Below are positions 29,023 through 37,832 of a stretch of 64,000 nucleotides of DNA, piece after piece. The stretch comes from an uncultured Pseudomonadales bacterium. GTDB lineage: Bacteria > Pseudomonadota > Gammaproteobacteria > Pseudomonadales > UBA7239. A program made the position numbers and the translations under genes. Within the stretch, counting starts at the first letter, position 1. Every line of letters starts with the position of its first letter. The stretch spans positions 30,940 through 94,939 of the forward strand of contig CAZDWC010000004.1 in the NCBI GenBank assembly GCA_964509075.1, in the 5' to 3' direction. The notes beneath the pieces are model-generated. The model saw only the letters and a list, made by a program, of their open reading frames with translations. It was not told the origin of the DNA and searched no databases.

Positions 29023-30031
29023 CGGTCTCCCCCTGCCAAGGCTGCTGGTGGCGTCTGGCCCAGCGGTATTTTACATGGTGCAGGAACTTGCTGTTCCAGC
29101 TCGAATGCACCTGCTTGCTGTCCAGCCAGTACAACACGAATTCGCTCAACTGCGCGCGGGCAAACGTCTCGTCGATGGCTGCCATGTGCAGGATGTCATA
29201 GACATCGCCCGACGGCTGCCAGTCAGGGGTAATCGGGCGCGGCGTCGGATCATTGGCCAGCTTGGCGGTGAAAATCGCCCACTGCCGGCGCACATGCTGC
29301 AGGAACTTGCTGTCCCAGGTACTCGACTGCTCGCCGCGCTCGCGCCAGTACAGTACAAACTCGGGCACGCTGTCATCGATGAACTCGCGGCTGACGCCGG
29401 CGCGGGCGAGAATCTCCACCGCATCCGGCCCCGGTATCCAGCCGGCCGTCATCGGAGCGTTCTGGCGCAGGCGCGCGCCGTGCTGTTCCTGTTCGCGCCA
29501 GTTGCGCAAGACCTGCTTGAGAAAACGGTTGCCCCAGGCGTGGTGCGCCTCGCCGCGCTCGCGCCAGTAGCGCACAAACTCCGGCACCTGCTGCAATACA
29601 AAGTCTTGCGCCACCCCCAGTTGCGACAGCTGTCGCAACAACTCGGCGTCCGGCTGCCAGTTGGGTGAAATCAGTGAGGCGCGACCGGTAATGGATGGCG
29701 GTGGCTGGGTTGTTGCGGAAGCCGGCGCGATAGCGGTTTCGCCATCGGCCAGGCTGAAATCCAGCACATGACTGCTCAGATACGGCGCCGAGCGCAACTG
29801 CAAGATGCCTTTGTCACACAGGCTGCCGCTGATGCGCTGCACATCCTGCGGCGGCCAGAAGGGCAGGAATTGCTGCAGGGTCTGCCGATCCACCCGCAGC
29901 CAGCCCTGTTGGGCGCGATGCAGGAACAATTCATGCAGCACGCCAAGCAACACCGCTTCTTCGAGGCCGATGGTGGCAGCCAGCGACGGTGAGATCACCA
30001 GCGGTTTTTCAGGGAGCAGGGAGGAGACCAT
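28973..30031 (-). CDS. Lambda O-like / DnaT-domain protein: N-terminal winged-helix-like region plus three tandem DnaT-type repeats
   Basis: 352 aa. The N-terminal ~90 aa resemble the phage replication-O wHTH (…RISGSLCDKGILQL). Three ~65-aa repeats follow, each containing W(Q/I)P...EFV(R/L)YW(R/L)ERGE...W..KFL.HV...W. Confidence 0.65.
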   Translation of the reverse strand: MVSSLLPEKPLVISPSLAATIGLEEAVLLGVLHELFLHRAQQGWLRVDRQTLQQFLPFWPPQDVQRISGSLCDKGILQLRSAPYLSSHVLDFSLADGETAIAPASATTQPPPSITGRASLISPNWQPDAELLRQLSQLGVAQDFVLQQVPEFVRYWRERGEAHHAWGNRFLKQVLRNWREQEQHGARLRQNAPMTAGWIPGPDAVEILARAGVSREFIDDSVPEFVLYWRERGEQSSTWDSKFLQHVRRQWAIFTAKLANDPTPRPITPDWQPSGDVYDILHMAAIDETFARAQLSEFVLYWLDSKQVHSSWNSKFLHHVKYRWARRHQQPWQGETDGFIATHTDRSWADGL

Positions 30032-30046
30032 GAGAAACAGGGACGC

Positions 30047-30241
30047 TCAGGCGTCGAGGTCGGGAATGAGTTTGCTCTCGATGCGCACAATGGCATCTTT
30101 CAGCCACAATTTTCGCTTCTTCATGCGCTGCAGCAACAGCTGGTCGCAGTAAGGCAATTCCTGCAGCGACGAGATCTCGCCATCAAGTGAACGATGCTCA
30201 TCACGCAGGCGCTGCAGGGTTGTTGTCAGTTCTTCTTCCAT
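30047..30241 (-). CDS. DUF465 (YdcH-like) small coiled-coil protein
   Basis: Only the last 64 aa of the 230-aa track ORF look real: MEEELTTTLQRLRDEHRSLDGEISSLQELPYCDQLLLQRMKKRKLWLKDAIVRIESKL. Confidence 0.75.
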   Translation of the reverse strand: MEEELTTTLQRLRDEHRSLDGEISSLQELPYCDQLLLQRMKKRKLWLKDAIVRIESKLIPDLDA

Positions 30242-30418
30242 CGGATGCGTACAGCCAGGATGTGGCGTCTTTATACACGGGCGCGCTGGCCGAGCCAAGG
30301 ATTTTTGCCCGCGCCACAGGCACGCTTGTTCCTGTGATCTGCTGGCCAGTAAACTGGATAGCCATTGGCACGCGCAAATCTGGCGGGTGCTGGCAGCCTC
30401 ACTGTTGGGAAAATAGCC

Positions 30419-31159
30419 ATGCCACTGTTCGCCCTTTCTCTTATCCTGCAGGTAGCGTTTGTCCTGCATATCGTCAAAACCGGACGCAATACCACCTGGA
30501 TCTGGATCGTGGTGATGTTGCCCTTCGCCGGCGCCGTGGCTTACCTGATTGTGGAACTGCTGCCGGAATTGCTGGGTACGCGCAGCGGGCGCAAAGCCAT
30601 CCGCAAGGTGGACAGCGTGATCAATCCGGATCGCACACTGAAACAGGCGGCCAATCAGTACGCCGTGGCCGATACTGTTGAGAACTCGCGCCGACTGGCT
30701 GAAGAATGCCTGGACAAACAGCGATTTGACGAAGCGCAATCACTGTATGAAAAATGCCTGAAAGGCCTCTATGAACACGATGCCGTTTTGCTGCACGGCC
30801 TGGCGCGTGCGCAATACGGAAGTGGCAATTTTGCCGATGTTATCCACACGCTGGACAGACTCAAACAGCACAATCCGGATTATCGCGATGCCGATGCACA
30901 CTTGTTGTATGCAAAGGCAATGGATGCACAAAACAAATATCAGGAAGCGCTGCATGAATACGAAGTGCTGGCACGTTATTACCCGGGCCCGGAGGCCAAG
31001 TGTCGCTATGCCTTGTTACTGCAAAAACAGGGCCGGGAAAAAGATGCCGCCGCATTATTTCATGAAGTAGTCACAGCGGCCAAACACAGCGGCAGGCACT
31101 ACCGGGAACTGCACAAAGAGTGGATCGACATGGCAAAGAAAAATACGTCCTCTTCCTGA
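30419..31159 (+). CDS. Membrane-anchored TPR protein with PLDc_N-type N-terminal domain
   Basis: The N-terminus LHIVKTGRNTTWIWIVVMLPFAGAVAYLIVELLPE is the cardiolipin-synthase-N-like two-helix domain. TPR-like repeats follow. Start chosen at MPLFAL. Confidence 0.65.
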   Translation: MPLFALSLILQVAFVLHIVKTGRNTTWIWIVVMLPFAGAVAYLIVELLPELLGTRSGRKAIRKVDSVINPDRTLKQAANQYAVADTVENSRRLAEECLDKQRFDEAQSLYEKCLKGLYEHDAVLLHGLARAQYGSGNFADVIHTLDRLKQHNPDYRDADAHLLYAKAMDAQNKYQEALHEYEVLARYYPGPEAKCRYALLLQKQGREKDAAALFHEVVTAAKHSGRHYRELHKEWIDMAKKNTSSS

Positions 31160-32131
31160 TTAGTCGTTCATGACCAGCACACATTTTTCTGCGCAGCCTT
31201 TTTCTACCGCACGATAGGCCTGCAAACCATCACGCAATGCATATTCAGCAAGCGCCGTTGAAACTTTCAGGCCGCTCTCGTCAAACAATATGCGCAACTT
31301 ATCCAGCATCTGCGCGCATGCCGGCAGCTCATGCAGCAGTGAATTAACACCAACCAGATTGCCGCCCTTGCGGTAAAAATCCAGCAGCGGGAATGAATCC
31401 ATACCTGTAGCAGGTGCCGCAATTACCACGACAGCGCCATGTATCGCCACGGCGGAAACCGCCAGAGACAACTGCAAGCCAGTTGTGTCGAATACAACAT
31501 CTGCTCCAGCAGGAAAATATTGCCCAACGCTGTCTGTAACGCGCTTGTTTTCTTCGATTAAAACCGTATTGATGCCTTGCTGTTGCAACGTTACCTGCTG
31601 TTGCGGTTTGCGCACAGCGGCAAGAATTCTGGCGCCGCGCAGTGCTGCTATCGCCATTGCTGCGTGACCCACAGCACCTGCAGCACCGATGACAAGAAGA
31701 TTGGTGCCGTTTTTGACGGCGCTGCGTTCCATAGCTTCCAGCGCAGTGATATAGGGCACGCCAACACTCGCTGCCTGCACAAAAGACAATGTATCCGGCT
31801 TCAATGACAAACCGGCAACGGGAAACGTGAGGTATCGGGCATGCGAGCCATCGCGCGTGAAGCCGACGCCTTTGCCGCTGCCCCACACCGATTTGCCCTT
31901 CCACATCGCCGGCCCTTCGATGACGGTACCGGCAAAATCACGGCCGGGAATGCGCGGTAAGCTTGTGTATGGAAATCGCCCCAGTATGTTTTTGACATCA
32001 CTGGGATTGATACCTGCTGCCTCAATTTTAATGAGCACTTCATCTGCAGCCGGCCGGGGAACTTCCACATGGCGCAACTGCAGCGCATCCAGTGAACCGG
32101 TGCGATCGAACTGTAATGCCTGCATGTTCAT
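31160..32131 (-). CDS. Zinc-type alcohol dehydrogenase / quinone oxidoreductase (MDR superfamily)
   Basis: 323 aa with a GroES-like N-terminus and the NAD(P) fold LVIGAAGAVGHAAMAIA. Confidence 0.85.
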   Translation of the reverse strand: MNMQALQFDRTGSLDALQLRHVEVPRPAADEVLIKIEAAGINPSDVKNILGRFPYTSLPRIPGRDFAGTVIEGPAMWKGKSVWGSGKGVGFTRDGSHARYLTFPVAGLSLKPDTLSFVQAASVGVPYITALEAMERSAVKNGTNLLVIGAAGAVGHAAMAIAALRGARILAAVRKPQQQVTLQQQGINTVLIEENKRVTDSVGQYFPAGADVVFDTTGLQLSLAVSAVAIHGAVVVIAAPATGMDSFPLLDFYRKGGNLVGVNSLLHELPACAQMLDKLRILFDESGLKVSTALAEYALRDGLQAYRAVEKGCAEKCVLVMND

Positions 32132-32149
32132 GCGGTTACCTCGAAAATC

Positions 32150-32578
32150 TCAATGTACGATTTTGGCATCGAATGCAAAACGTCCGCCACCCGAAACCAG
32201 TAGCGACAGTGATGCCACCAGCAACACGAATCCGTATTCAAAGCCGTTGTTGGCCATAAAGAAACCGTTGCCGATGTGAACAGTGAAAATGGCCACCAGC
32301 ATCGTAAAGGCTGTCAGCGCAGCTGCAGGACGCGTCAACAATCCCAGTACCAGCGCAAGGCCGCCAAAAAATTCCGCAGAGCCAGACAAAACCGCCATCA
32401 ACATACCCGGATGCAAGCCGATGGAATCCATCCACTGTCCTGTGCCTGCAAGACCATAACCACCAAACCAGCCAAATAATTTTTGCGCACCGTGCGGCAT
32501 CAATGTCAGCCCTGTACCCACACGCAAAATCAGCGGTGCTAACGCGTTGTCTGTCTTCAAAATGGCAGAAATATTCAT
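32150..32578 (-). CDS. DoxX family membrane protein
   Basis: 142 aa with four hydrophobic helices. LMPHGAQKLFGWFGGYG is typical of DoxX. Confidence 0.85.
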   Translation of the reverse strand: MNISAILKTDNALAPLILRVGTGLTLMPHGAQKLFGWFGGYGLAGTGQWMDSIGLHPGMLMAVLSGSAEFFGGLALVLGLLTRPAAALTAFTMLVAIFTVHIGNGFFMANNGFEYGFVLLVASLSLLVSGGGRFAFDAKIVH

Positions 32579-32608
32579 AATGTTTTCCTCTTCGATAAAG
32601 GGTTGGTA

Positions 32609-33457
32609 TTACTCAAATTGAGAAAAGCGACCGTTGCGGTAATCGTCGATGGCCTGACGAATTTCCTCTTCCGTGTTCATCACGAACGGACCGTGTTGCA
32701 CGATGGGCTCACCGAGTGGCGTGCCCGCAAGCAACAAAAGACGCACACCGATTTCGCTCGCCGTGAGTGTCGCCTGTTCGCCGCCGCCCAAACGCACCAG
32801 TTGGCCGCGCTGTACCGCCGGCGTGCTGGCCAGCCGGCCTTCGTATACATAAGCCAGCAAAGTATCCGCGGCGGGCAATGTCAGCGTGAGACTGCGATTG
32901 GCGGGCAGATGCAAATCCAGCGCGCGGGCATTGGCGCTCATCGCCGGGATCGGGCTGGTAATCGTTTGCCCTTCCAGGATCCAGCTGCCGCCAAACACGC
33001 GTGCAACACCGCCTTCTGCCAAAGCAAGCGCCGGGATATCGCTGCCTTCGGCCTGACGGTACTCCGGGGTTTTCATTTTTTGTGCCGCCGGCAAGTTGAT
33101 CCAGAGCTGGAATCCGTGCAGCAGGCCGTCATTCATCAACGGCATTTCAGAGTGGATGATGCCGCGCCCGGTGGACATCCACTGTGCTCCCCCATTGGCC
33201 AATGCCGCACGGTGGCCGAGGTTGTCTTCATGTACAAAGCCACCGGCCAGCATATAGGTCAAGGTTTCAATGCCGCGATGTGGATGCGGGGGAAAACCAC
33301 CGATGTAGTCAGCGCTGTTGTCGGAGCGGATTTCGTCCAGCATCAGAAAGGGATCGAGATCATGGCGATGCTGGCCCAGTGTGCGCTGGATCCGTACACC
33401 GTCGCCATCGCTGCTGGCGCGGCTGTTGAGAATTTGCAGGATCTGTCTGTCTGTCAT
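32609..33457 (-). CDS. Pirin family protein
   Basis: 282 aa. Cupin metal site FPPHPHRGIETLTYML. Bicupin length. Confidence 0.9.
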   Translation of the reverse strand: MTDRQILQILNSRASSDGDGVRIQRTLGQHRHDLDPFLMLDEIRSDNSADYIGGFPPHPHRGIETLTYMLAGGFVHEDNLGHRAALANGGAQWMSTGRGIIHSEMPLMNDGLLHGFQLWINLPAAQKMKTPEYRQAEGSDIPALALAEGGVARVFGGSWILEGQTITSPIPAMSANARALDLHLPANRSLTLTLPAADTLLAYVYEGRLASTPAVQRGQLVRLGGGEQATLTASEIGVRLLLLAGTPLGEPIVQHGPFVMNTEEEIRQAIDDYRNGRFSQFE

Positions 33458-33545
33458 GTTGAACTCCTTGCCGCAATGTCTGCTGCGATGGAGTCATCAT
33501 ATGCCCATTATTTTCTTGATAAACAGGTTGTTTCTGGACAATATG

Positions 33546-33560
33546 ATCGAAAATTTCGAT
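33546..33560. promoter_or_regulatory. LysR-type T-N11-A inverted repeat (candidate LTTR recognition site)
   Basis: ATCGAAA-A-TTTCGAT: 7-bp arms forming a T-N11-A box. It lies in the divergent region ~90-100 bp upstream of the pirin start and 12 nt upstream of the LysR ATG. Confidence 0.45.
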
Positions 33561-33571
33561 TGATTATCGCG

Positions 33572-34471
33572 ATGGATGATACCCACACCCTGGAACAGTG
33601 GCGCATGTTGGCCGCCGTGGTCGACCATGGCGGTTTCGCGGCCGGTGCCGAGGCGCTAGGCAAAAGCCAATCGGCAGTCAGTTACGGCGTGCAACGGCTG
33701 CAGGCCGCGCTCGGAATTGCCCTGCTCACCACACAAGGTCGGCGTGCGGTGCTCACGCCCGAAGGCGAAACCCTGCTGCGCCGCGCGCGTCACCTGCTGG
33801 AGGAGTCTGCTTCCCTGCAAAGGCTGGCCGGCAATCTGGGGCGCGGGCATGAGCCGTTAATCCGCCTCGCCGTGGATATTCTTTTTCCGCTGGAGTGGCT
33901 GTTTGGCGCGCTGTCACAATTTTCAACTGACTATCCCGACACACGTATCGAATTGATTGAAACGGTGTTGTCTGGTGGCAGCGAAGCCCTGTTGCGGCAT
34001 GAAGCCGATCTGGTACTGACATCACGGGTACCACCGGGATTTTTGGCCGAGCCGCTGGCGCGTTTCGAGTTTGTGACGGTGGCACATCCTGAGCACGCAC
34101 TGCATCAGCTCGGCCGGCCATTGAGCGAACGCGATCTCGCCGCGCATAGACAAATTGTCATCCGCGATTCCGGTTTGAAACAGAAAGTGGACGCGGGCTG
34201 GCTGGGCGCCGAACAGCGCTGGACCGTGAGCCACATCAGCACCTCCATCGCGGCACTTACCGCCGGCCTCGGCTTTGCCACACTGCCGCGTGCGCGCATC
34301 GAACGCGAATTGGCAGGACACACCCTCAAAGTATTGCCGCTGGAAAGTGGTGGCAGTTACACGCGTGATGTCAGTCTGTACATGGCATTTGCGGATCGCG
34401 ACGAGGCCGGACCGGCCATAAAAGCACTGGCAAATTTGTTACGGGAAAATGTAAAAGCACACAGCGGATGA
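33572..34471 (+). CDS. LysR-family transcriptional regulator
   Basis: HTH FAAGAEALGKSQSAVSYGVQRLQ followed by a LysR substrate-binding domain. The first two-thirds of track ORF 32603-34471 is the antisense shadow of the pirin gene. Confidence 0.9.
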   Translation: MDDTHTLEQWRMLAAVVDHGGFAAGAEALGKSQSAVSYGVQRLQAALGIALLTTQGRRAVLTPEGETLLRRARHLLEESASLQRLAGNLGRGHEPLIRLAVDILFPLEWLFGALSQFSTDYPDTRIELIETVLSGGSEALLRHEADLVLTSRVPPGFLAEPLARFEFVTVAHPEHALHQLGRPLSERDLAAHRQIVIRDSGLKQKVDAGWLGAEQRWTVSHISTSIAALTAGLGFATLPRARIERELAGHTLKVLPLESGGSYTRDVSLYMAFADRDEAGPAIKALANLLRENVKAHSG

Positions 34472-34498
34472 AATCTTCCACAACGCACAATATTTCTG

Positions 34499-34527
34499 TT
34501 GACAGAATTCCACAGCAGGAGTTTAGT
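34499..34527 (+). promoter_or_regulatory. Candidate sigma70 promoter for the phoH-like gene
   Basis: TTGACA (34499-34504), a 17-nt spacer, then TTTAGT (34522-34527). Confidence 0.3.
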
Positions 34528-34641
34528 AGCGCGAGGGGGGAATGCGCACAGCGCGATTATTCATCAACACCGGGAATCACATTATCGACCATCGAATCTT
34601 TGCAGGCATTTTTAACTGAAACCGTGGGGGTATCGTTATTT

Positions 34642-35430
34642 ATGGCGAAAAAGTCTCAGAACAGACGACAAGCACATTCACAAAAACTCACCGAAGACAC
34701 GCATTACCGAAAAAACTCCCGAAAGAACCGACGAAGTGCCGACGTCGTTGAAATCAACCCCAACCAGCAACACCTCGACACTGCCTACGCCGCCCAGCGC
34801 ACTCTCCTGCCATTGATGGCACGCACACCCTCCCAACAACGTTACATTTCCGCCATCCGCAATCACTGCCTCACTTTCGGTATCGGCCCCGCCGGCACCG
34901 GCAAGAGTTACTGTGCAGCTGCACTGGCGGCAGAGGCACTGGAATCCGGTCAAATCGAGCGCATCATCCTCACGCGACCTGCCGTTGAAGCCGGTGAACA
35001 GCTGGGCTTTCTGCCCGGTGCCGTCAATGAAAAGTTTGCTGTCTATATTGAAGCCTTCCGCGACATTCTCAACGAACGCCTCGGCGCCGGCACGGTCGAT
35101 TACTGCATTCGCCACGGCCGCATCGTGGCCGCACCACTCGCTTTCATGCGCGGCAAAACTTTTGCCAGCAAGAACTTTGTCATTCTCGACGAAGCACAGA
35201 ACACCTCGGTCGCGCAGATGAAAATGTTCCTGACGCGCATCGGCGAGAACTGCAAGGTGGTGGTGAACGGCGATGTGAGACAAAGCGATATTCGCGGCCC
35301 CAACGGGCTGGCCGATGCCATCGAGCGCCTTGCCGGCTTGCGCAATGTCTGTGTGCACGAGTTCGAGCGTGCCGACATCGTGCGCAGTGGCCTGGTGCGC
35401 GACATCATCGACCTGTACGAACCGGAATAA
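34642..35430 (+). CDS. PhoH-family ATPase
   Basis: Walker A GPAGTGKSY, Walker B FVILDEAQN, and a very basic N-terminal tail. Start is uncertain: 34642 is preferred because a promoter-like element lies inside the longer 34468 ORF. Confidence 0.82.
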   Translation: MAKKSQNRRQAHSQKLTEDTHYRKNSRKNRRSADVVEINPNQQHLDTAYAAQRTLLPLMARTPSQQRYISAIRNHCLTFGIGPAGTGKSYCAAALAAEALESGQIERIILTRPAVEAGEQLGFLPGAVNEKFAVYIEAFRDILNERLGAGTVDYCIRHGRIVAAPLAFMRGKTFASKNFVILDEAQNTSVAQMKMFLTRIGENCKVVVNGDVRQSDIRGPNGLADAIERLAGLRNVCVHEFERADIVRSGLVRDIIDLYEPE

Positions 35431-35544
35431 TGCACCGTCCCGCTTGATCGCGCGCCATGCGCGGTCAAGCCTTTGCGCCTATACTGTCAGTGCTATCGGC
35501 ATTGCAGCGGCACAGGGCTGCACGCAGGTCCCGATAGTCAAGGG

Positions 35545-37125
35545 ATGGTTTTTGTGTTGCGCCTTGTCGCTGTTTTACTCGTGTTGTTTTCTATCTCCCA
35601 GCGCGTATCCGCCACGCTGCCTGCAGATCTGCAAAGCACGCTCGAACATTTATCCGCATCGCCAGTGTCTGCGCCTGTGCAGACCGTATATCGCGAGCAT
35701 GGCTACCAACCACTGTGGTTGGAAAACGACAGGCTTTCCGCACGCGGCATGGCAGCTCTCGCTGTATTGCATGCGGCCGATCGCGACGGCTTGCGCGCCA
35801 GCGATTATCTGAGCCCGGCACTGGATATCCCTGCCAACGCCAACGATGTGCAACTTGCTGCCACGGATGTAGCCATCAGCAATGCCATGGCACATTACGC
35901 TCATGACATGCTATTAGGACGGATCGATCCCTCTGTACTGGATTACGGCTATGACCTGTCAGAGCAACGCAACGTGCTGCCTGATCGCATTGCAAGGTTT
36001 TTACAGGCAGACGACATGATGCAAGCAACGGCGTCACTGCAACCTGCCCTGCCGCAATATCAGCAATTGCACGAATTGCTGGCGCACTATCGTCAACTGG
36101 CTGCAGCAAATCCTGAAACGGTTTCACTGCCTGCGCTCCCCGCGAAAAAACTGGAAAGCGGACAAACCTGGACAGGCACTACCGCGCTGGCCAACTGGCT
36201 GGTCATCTTGGGTGATATGCAGTCCGGACAATGGCCGGCTGATCGAACCATTTATGACGGCACGCTCGTCGAAGGCGTCAAACATTTTCAGGCACGCCAC
36301 GGCTTGCTGGCTGACGGCGTGCTCGGCGCACAGACACTCGCCGCCTTGCAAACGCCGCTCGCGACACGCGTCGAGCAAATCGAGCTGGCCATGGAGCGCT
36401 TGCGCTGGCTGGGCATCAATACTGCAGAGCCGTATATTCTCGTCAACATTCCGCAATTCACCTTATGGGCATACGCACCGGGCAACCCAACGCTGTCGAT
36501 GGCCGTTGTCACCGGCGATGCCAGAAAAACGCAGACGCCCATTTTTTCTGCTGACATGAGCCATGTCATTTTCAGCCCGTACTGGAATGTGCCGCGCAGT
36601 ATTGCCGTAAAAGAGCTTCTTCCCAAGATCGATAAAAACGCAGGCTATCTTGTAGGTGAAGATATGGAGCTGGTGGGCCGTGATGGCAGCGTACACAACG
36701 GCGCTGTAACCCGCGACCAACGCAACGGTATTGTGCTGGGCGACTACCGCATCCGCCAGCGCCCCGGCGAAAAAAACGCTCTCGGCAGATTGAAATTCAT
36801 GTTTCCAAATAATGACGCCATCTACATGCACGACACACCGAGCAAGAAATTCTTCGCGCGCGCGCGCCGCGATTTCAGCCATGGCTGCATACGCCTGTCC
36901 AATCCGATGGGCATGGCACTCTATGCACTGGCAACTACCGGCGAGTGGGATGAAGCGCGCATCAATGCGCAAATCGATACCGGTTCCGAGAAACATCTCG
37001 CCTTGAAGCAACGCATTCCGGTGTGGATTGTCTATCTGACAGCAGCGGTGAACGACGAGGGTGATGCCATGTTCCTGCCGGATGTTTATGGCAGGGATAA
37101 AACGCTGGCGGATGCCTTGCGTTGA
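35545..37125 (+). CDS. L,D-transpeptidase (YcbB/LdtD-like) with PG-binding domain
   Basis: Signal peptide, PG_binding_1 repeat (VKHFQARHGLLADGVLGAQTLAAL), and the YkuD catalytic motif SHGCIRLSNP. Confidence 0.85.
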   Translation: MVFVLRLVAVLLVLFSISQRVSATLPADLQSTLEHLSASPVSAPVQTVYREHGYQPLWLENDRLSARGMAALAVLHAADRDGLRASDYLSPALDIPANANDVQLAATDVAISNAMAHYAHDMLLGRIDPSVLDYGYDLSEQRNVLPDRIARFLQADDMMQATASLQPALPQYQQLHELLAHYRQLAAANPETVSLPALPAKKLESGQTWTGTTALANWLVILGDMQSGQWPADRTIYDGTLVEGVKHFQARHGLLADGVLGAQTLAALQTPLATRVEQIELAMERLRWLGINTAEPYILVNIPQFTLWAYAPGNPTLSMAVVTGDARKTQTPIFSADMSHVIFSPYWNVPRSIAVKELLPKIDKNAGYLVGEDMELVGRDGSVHNGAVTRDQRNGIVLGDYRIRQRPGEKNALGRLKFMFPNNDAIYMHDTPSKKFFARARRDFSHGCIRLSNPMGMALYALATTGEWDEARINAQIDTGSEKHLALKQRIPVWIVYLTAAVNDEGDAMFLPDVYGRDKTLADALR

Positions 37126-37143
37126 AGTTTACGCACTAGAAGT

Positions 37144-37752
37144 TTACCAGCGCCTGACGCGCCCGGTATCCAGATGCACGAAATCGGAATCGCGGTAGTA
37201 GCCCACACCGCCTTTTTTCAACTCCAGCGCCGCATCGCGCACATCGGCCAGTGCCACGCCGGGCAGGCGGATGTCGATGGCCTTGCCATAAAGGTGCTGG
37301 CTGTCCTTGGCTACACCTGTGTGTGCGGAACGGCTGCGCAGCTTGTTGTTGGTGGCCGGTGAACGGTAGGCGGAAATGATTTCAAACGGCTTGCTGGTTT
37401 TCAGGTTGTGCTGTACCTGCCAGAGGGTATCCAGCAACTGCGGATCCATCGGGTGCACATCGCCACTGCGGAAATCGCGCATCAGATAGGCAATCCTGGC
37501 CATGGCTTGCGGCACATAGACATCACCGGCCTTGTACACCACGGAAAGCTGCTCGCCGGTGTGGGTATGGGCGAAAGCCAGCGCACGCTGGTTCTTGAGC
37601 GGGGCGATATTGGCGTGGCCAATGCCAGGTGCGGCCAACAGTGCGGCGCCACCGGCCATGGCTTTCAGCAGCAGGCGGCGGTCAGGGCAATGCTCCGCCA
37701 CCGCTTTCGCAGGTGCGCCACGCATGCCTGTTTGCCACCATTTTCTGAACAT
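37144..37752 (-). CDS. DUF882 / peptidase M15A family protein (YcbK/MepK-like murein endopeptidase), Tat-exported
   Basis: Twin-arginine-like signal (PDRRLLLKAMAGGAALLAAPGIGHA). Metal-ligand motifs SQHLYGKAIDI and FVHLD. Confidence 0.83.
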   Translation of the reverse strand: MFRKWWQTGMRGAPAKAVAEHCPDRRLLLKAMAGGAALLAAPGIGHANIAPLKNQRALAFAHTHTGEQLSVVYKAGDVYVPQAMARIAYLMRDFRSGDVHPMDPQLLDTLWQVQHNLKTSKPFEIISAYRSPATNNKLRSRSAHTGVAKDSQHLYGKAIDIRLPGVALADVRDAALELKKGGVGYYRDSDFVHLDTGRVRRW

Positions 37753-37832
37753 TCAGCCTTTATCTCGTGTTGCCAATTCTTCATTCCGGGCGGAGCTTAA
37801 CCCGATTGCCGGAACAGGGGCAACCCAAACGG

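Noticed and set aside
28057-30241. Prophage interpretation of the O-like/P-like genes
   Set aside because: No integrase, repressor, packaging, structural or lysis genes, tRNA or att-like repeats are visible nearby. A degraded remnant cannot be excluded, but an intact prophage is ruled out within this window.
30242-30739. N-terminal 166 aa of the 230-aa ORF 30047-30739
   Set aside because: Only the C-terminal 64 aa form a DUF465 protein. The extension overlaps the divergent TPR gene and has shadow-ORF composition.
30840-30848. Perfect DnaA box TTATCCACA
   Set aside because: It is a single box inside a coding region. There is no cluster of boxes, AT-rich unwinding element or dnaA/dnaN/gidA context, so it is not an origin.
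32603-33571. N-terminal two-thirds of the 622-aa ORF 32603-34471
   Set aside because: It is antisense to the well-supported pirin gene. The LysR HTH begins only at 33572.
34468-34641. Longer PhoH start overlapping the LysR stop
   Set aside because: The extra 58 aa are unlike PhoH N-termini, are AT-richer, and contain a TTGACA-N17-TTTAGT promoter-like element. The longer form cannot be fully excluded.
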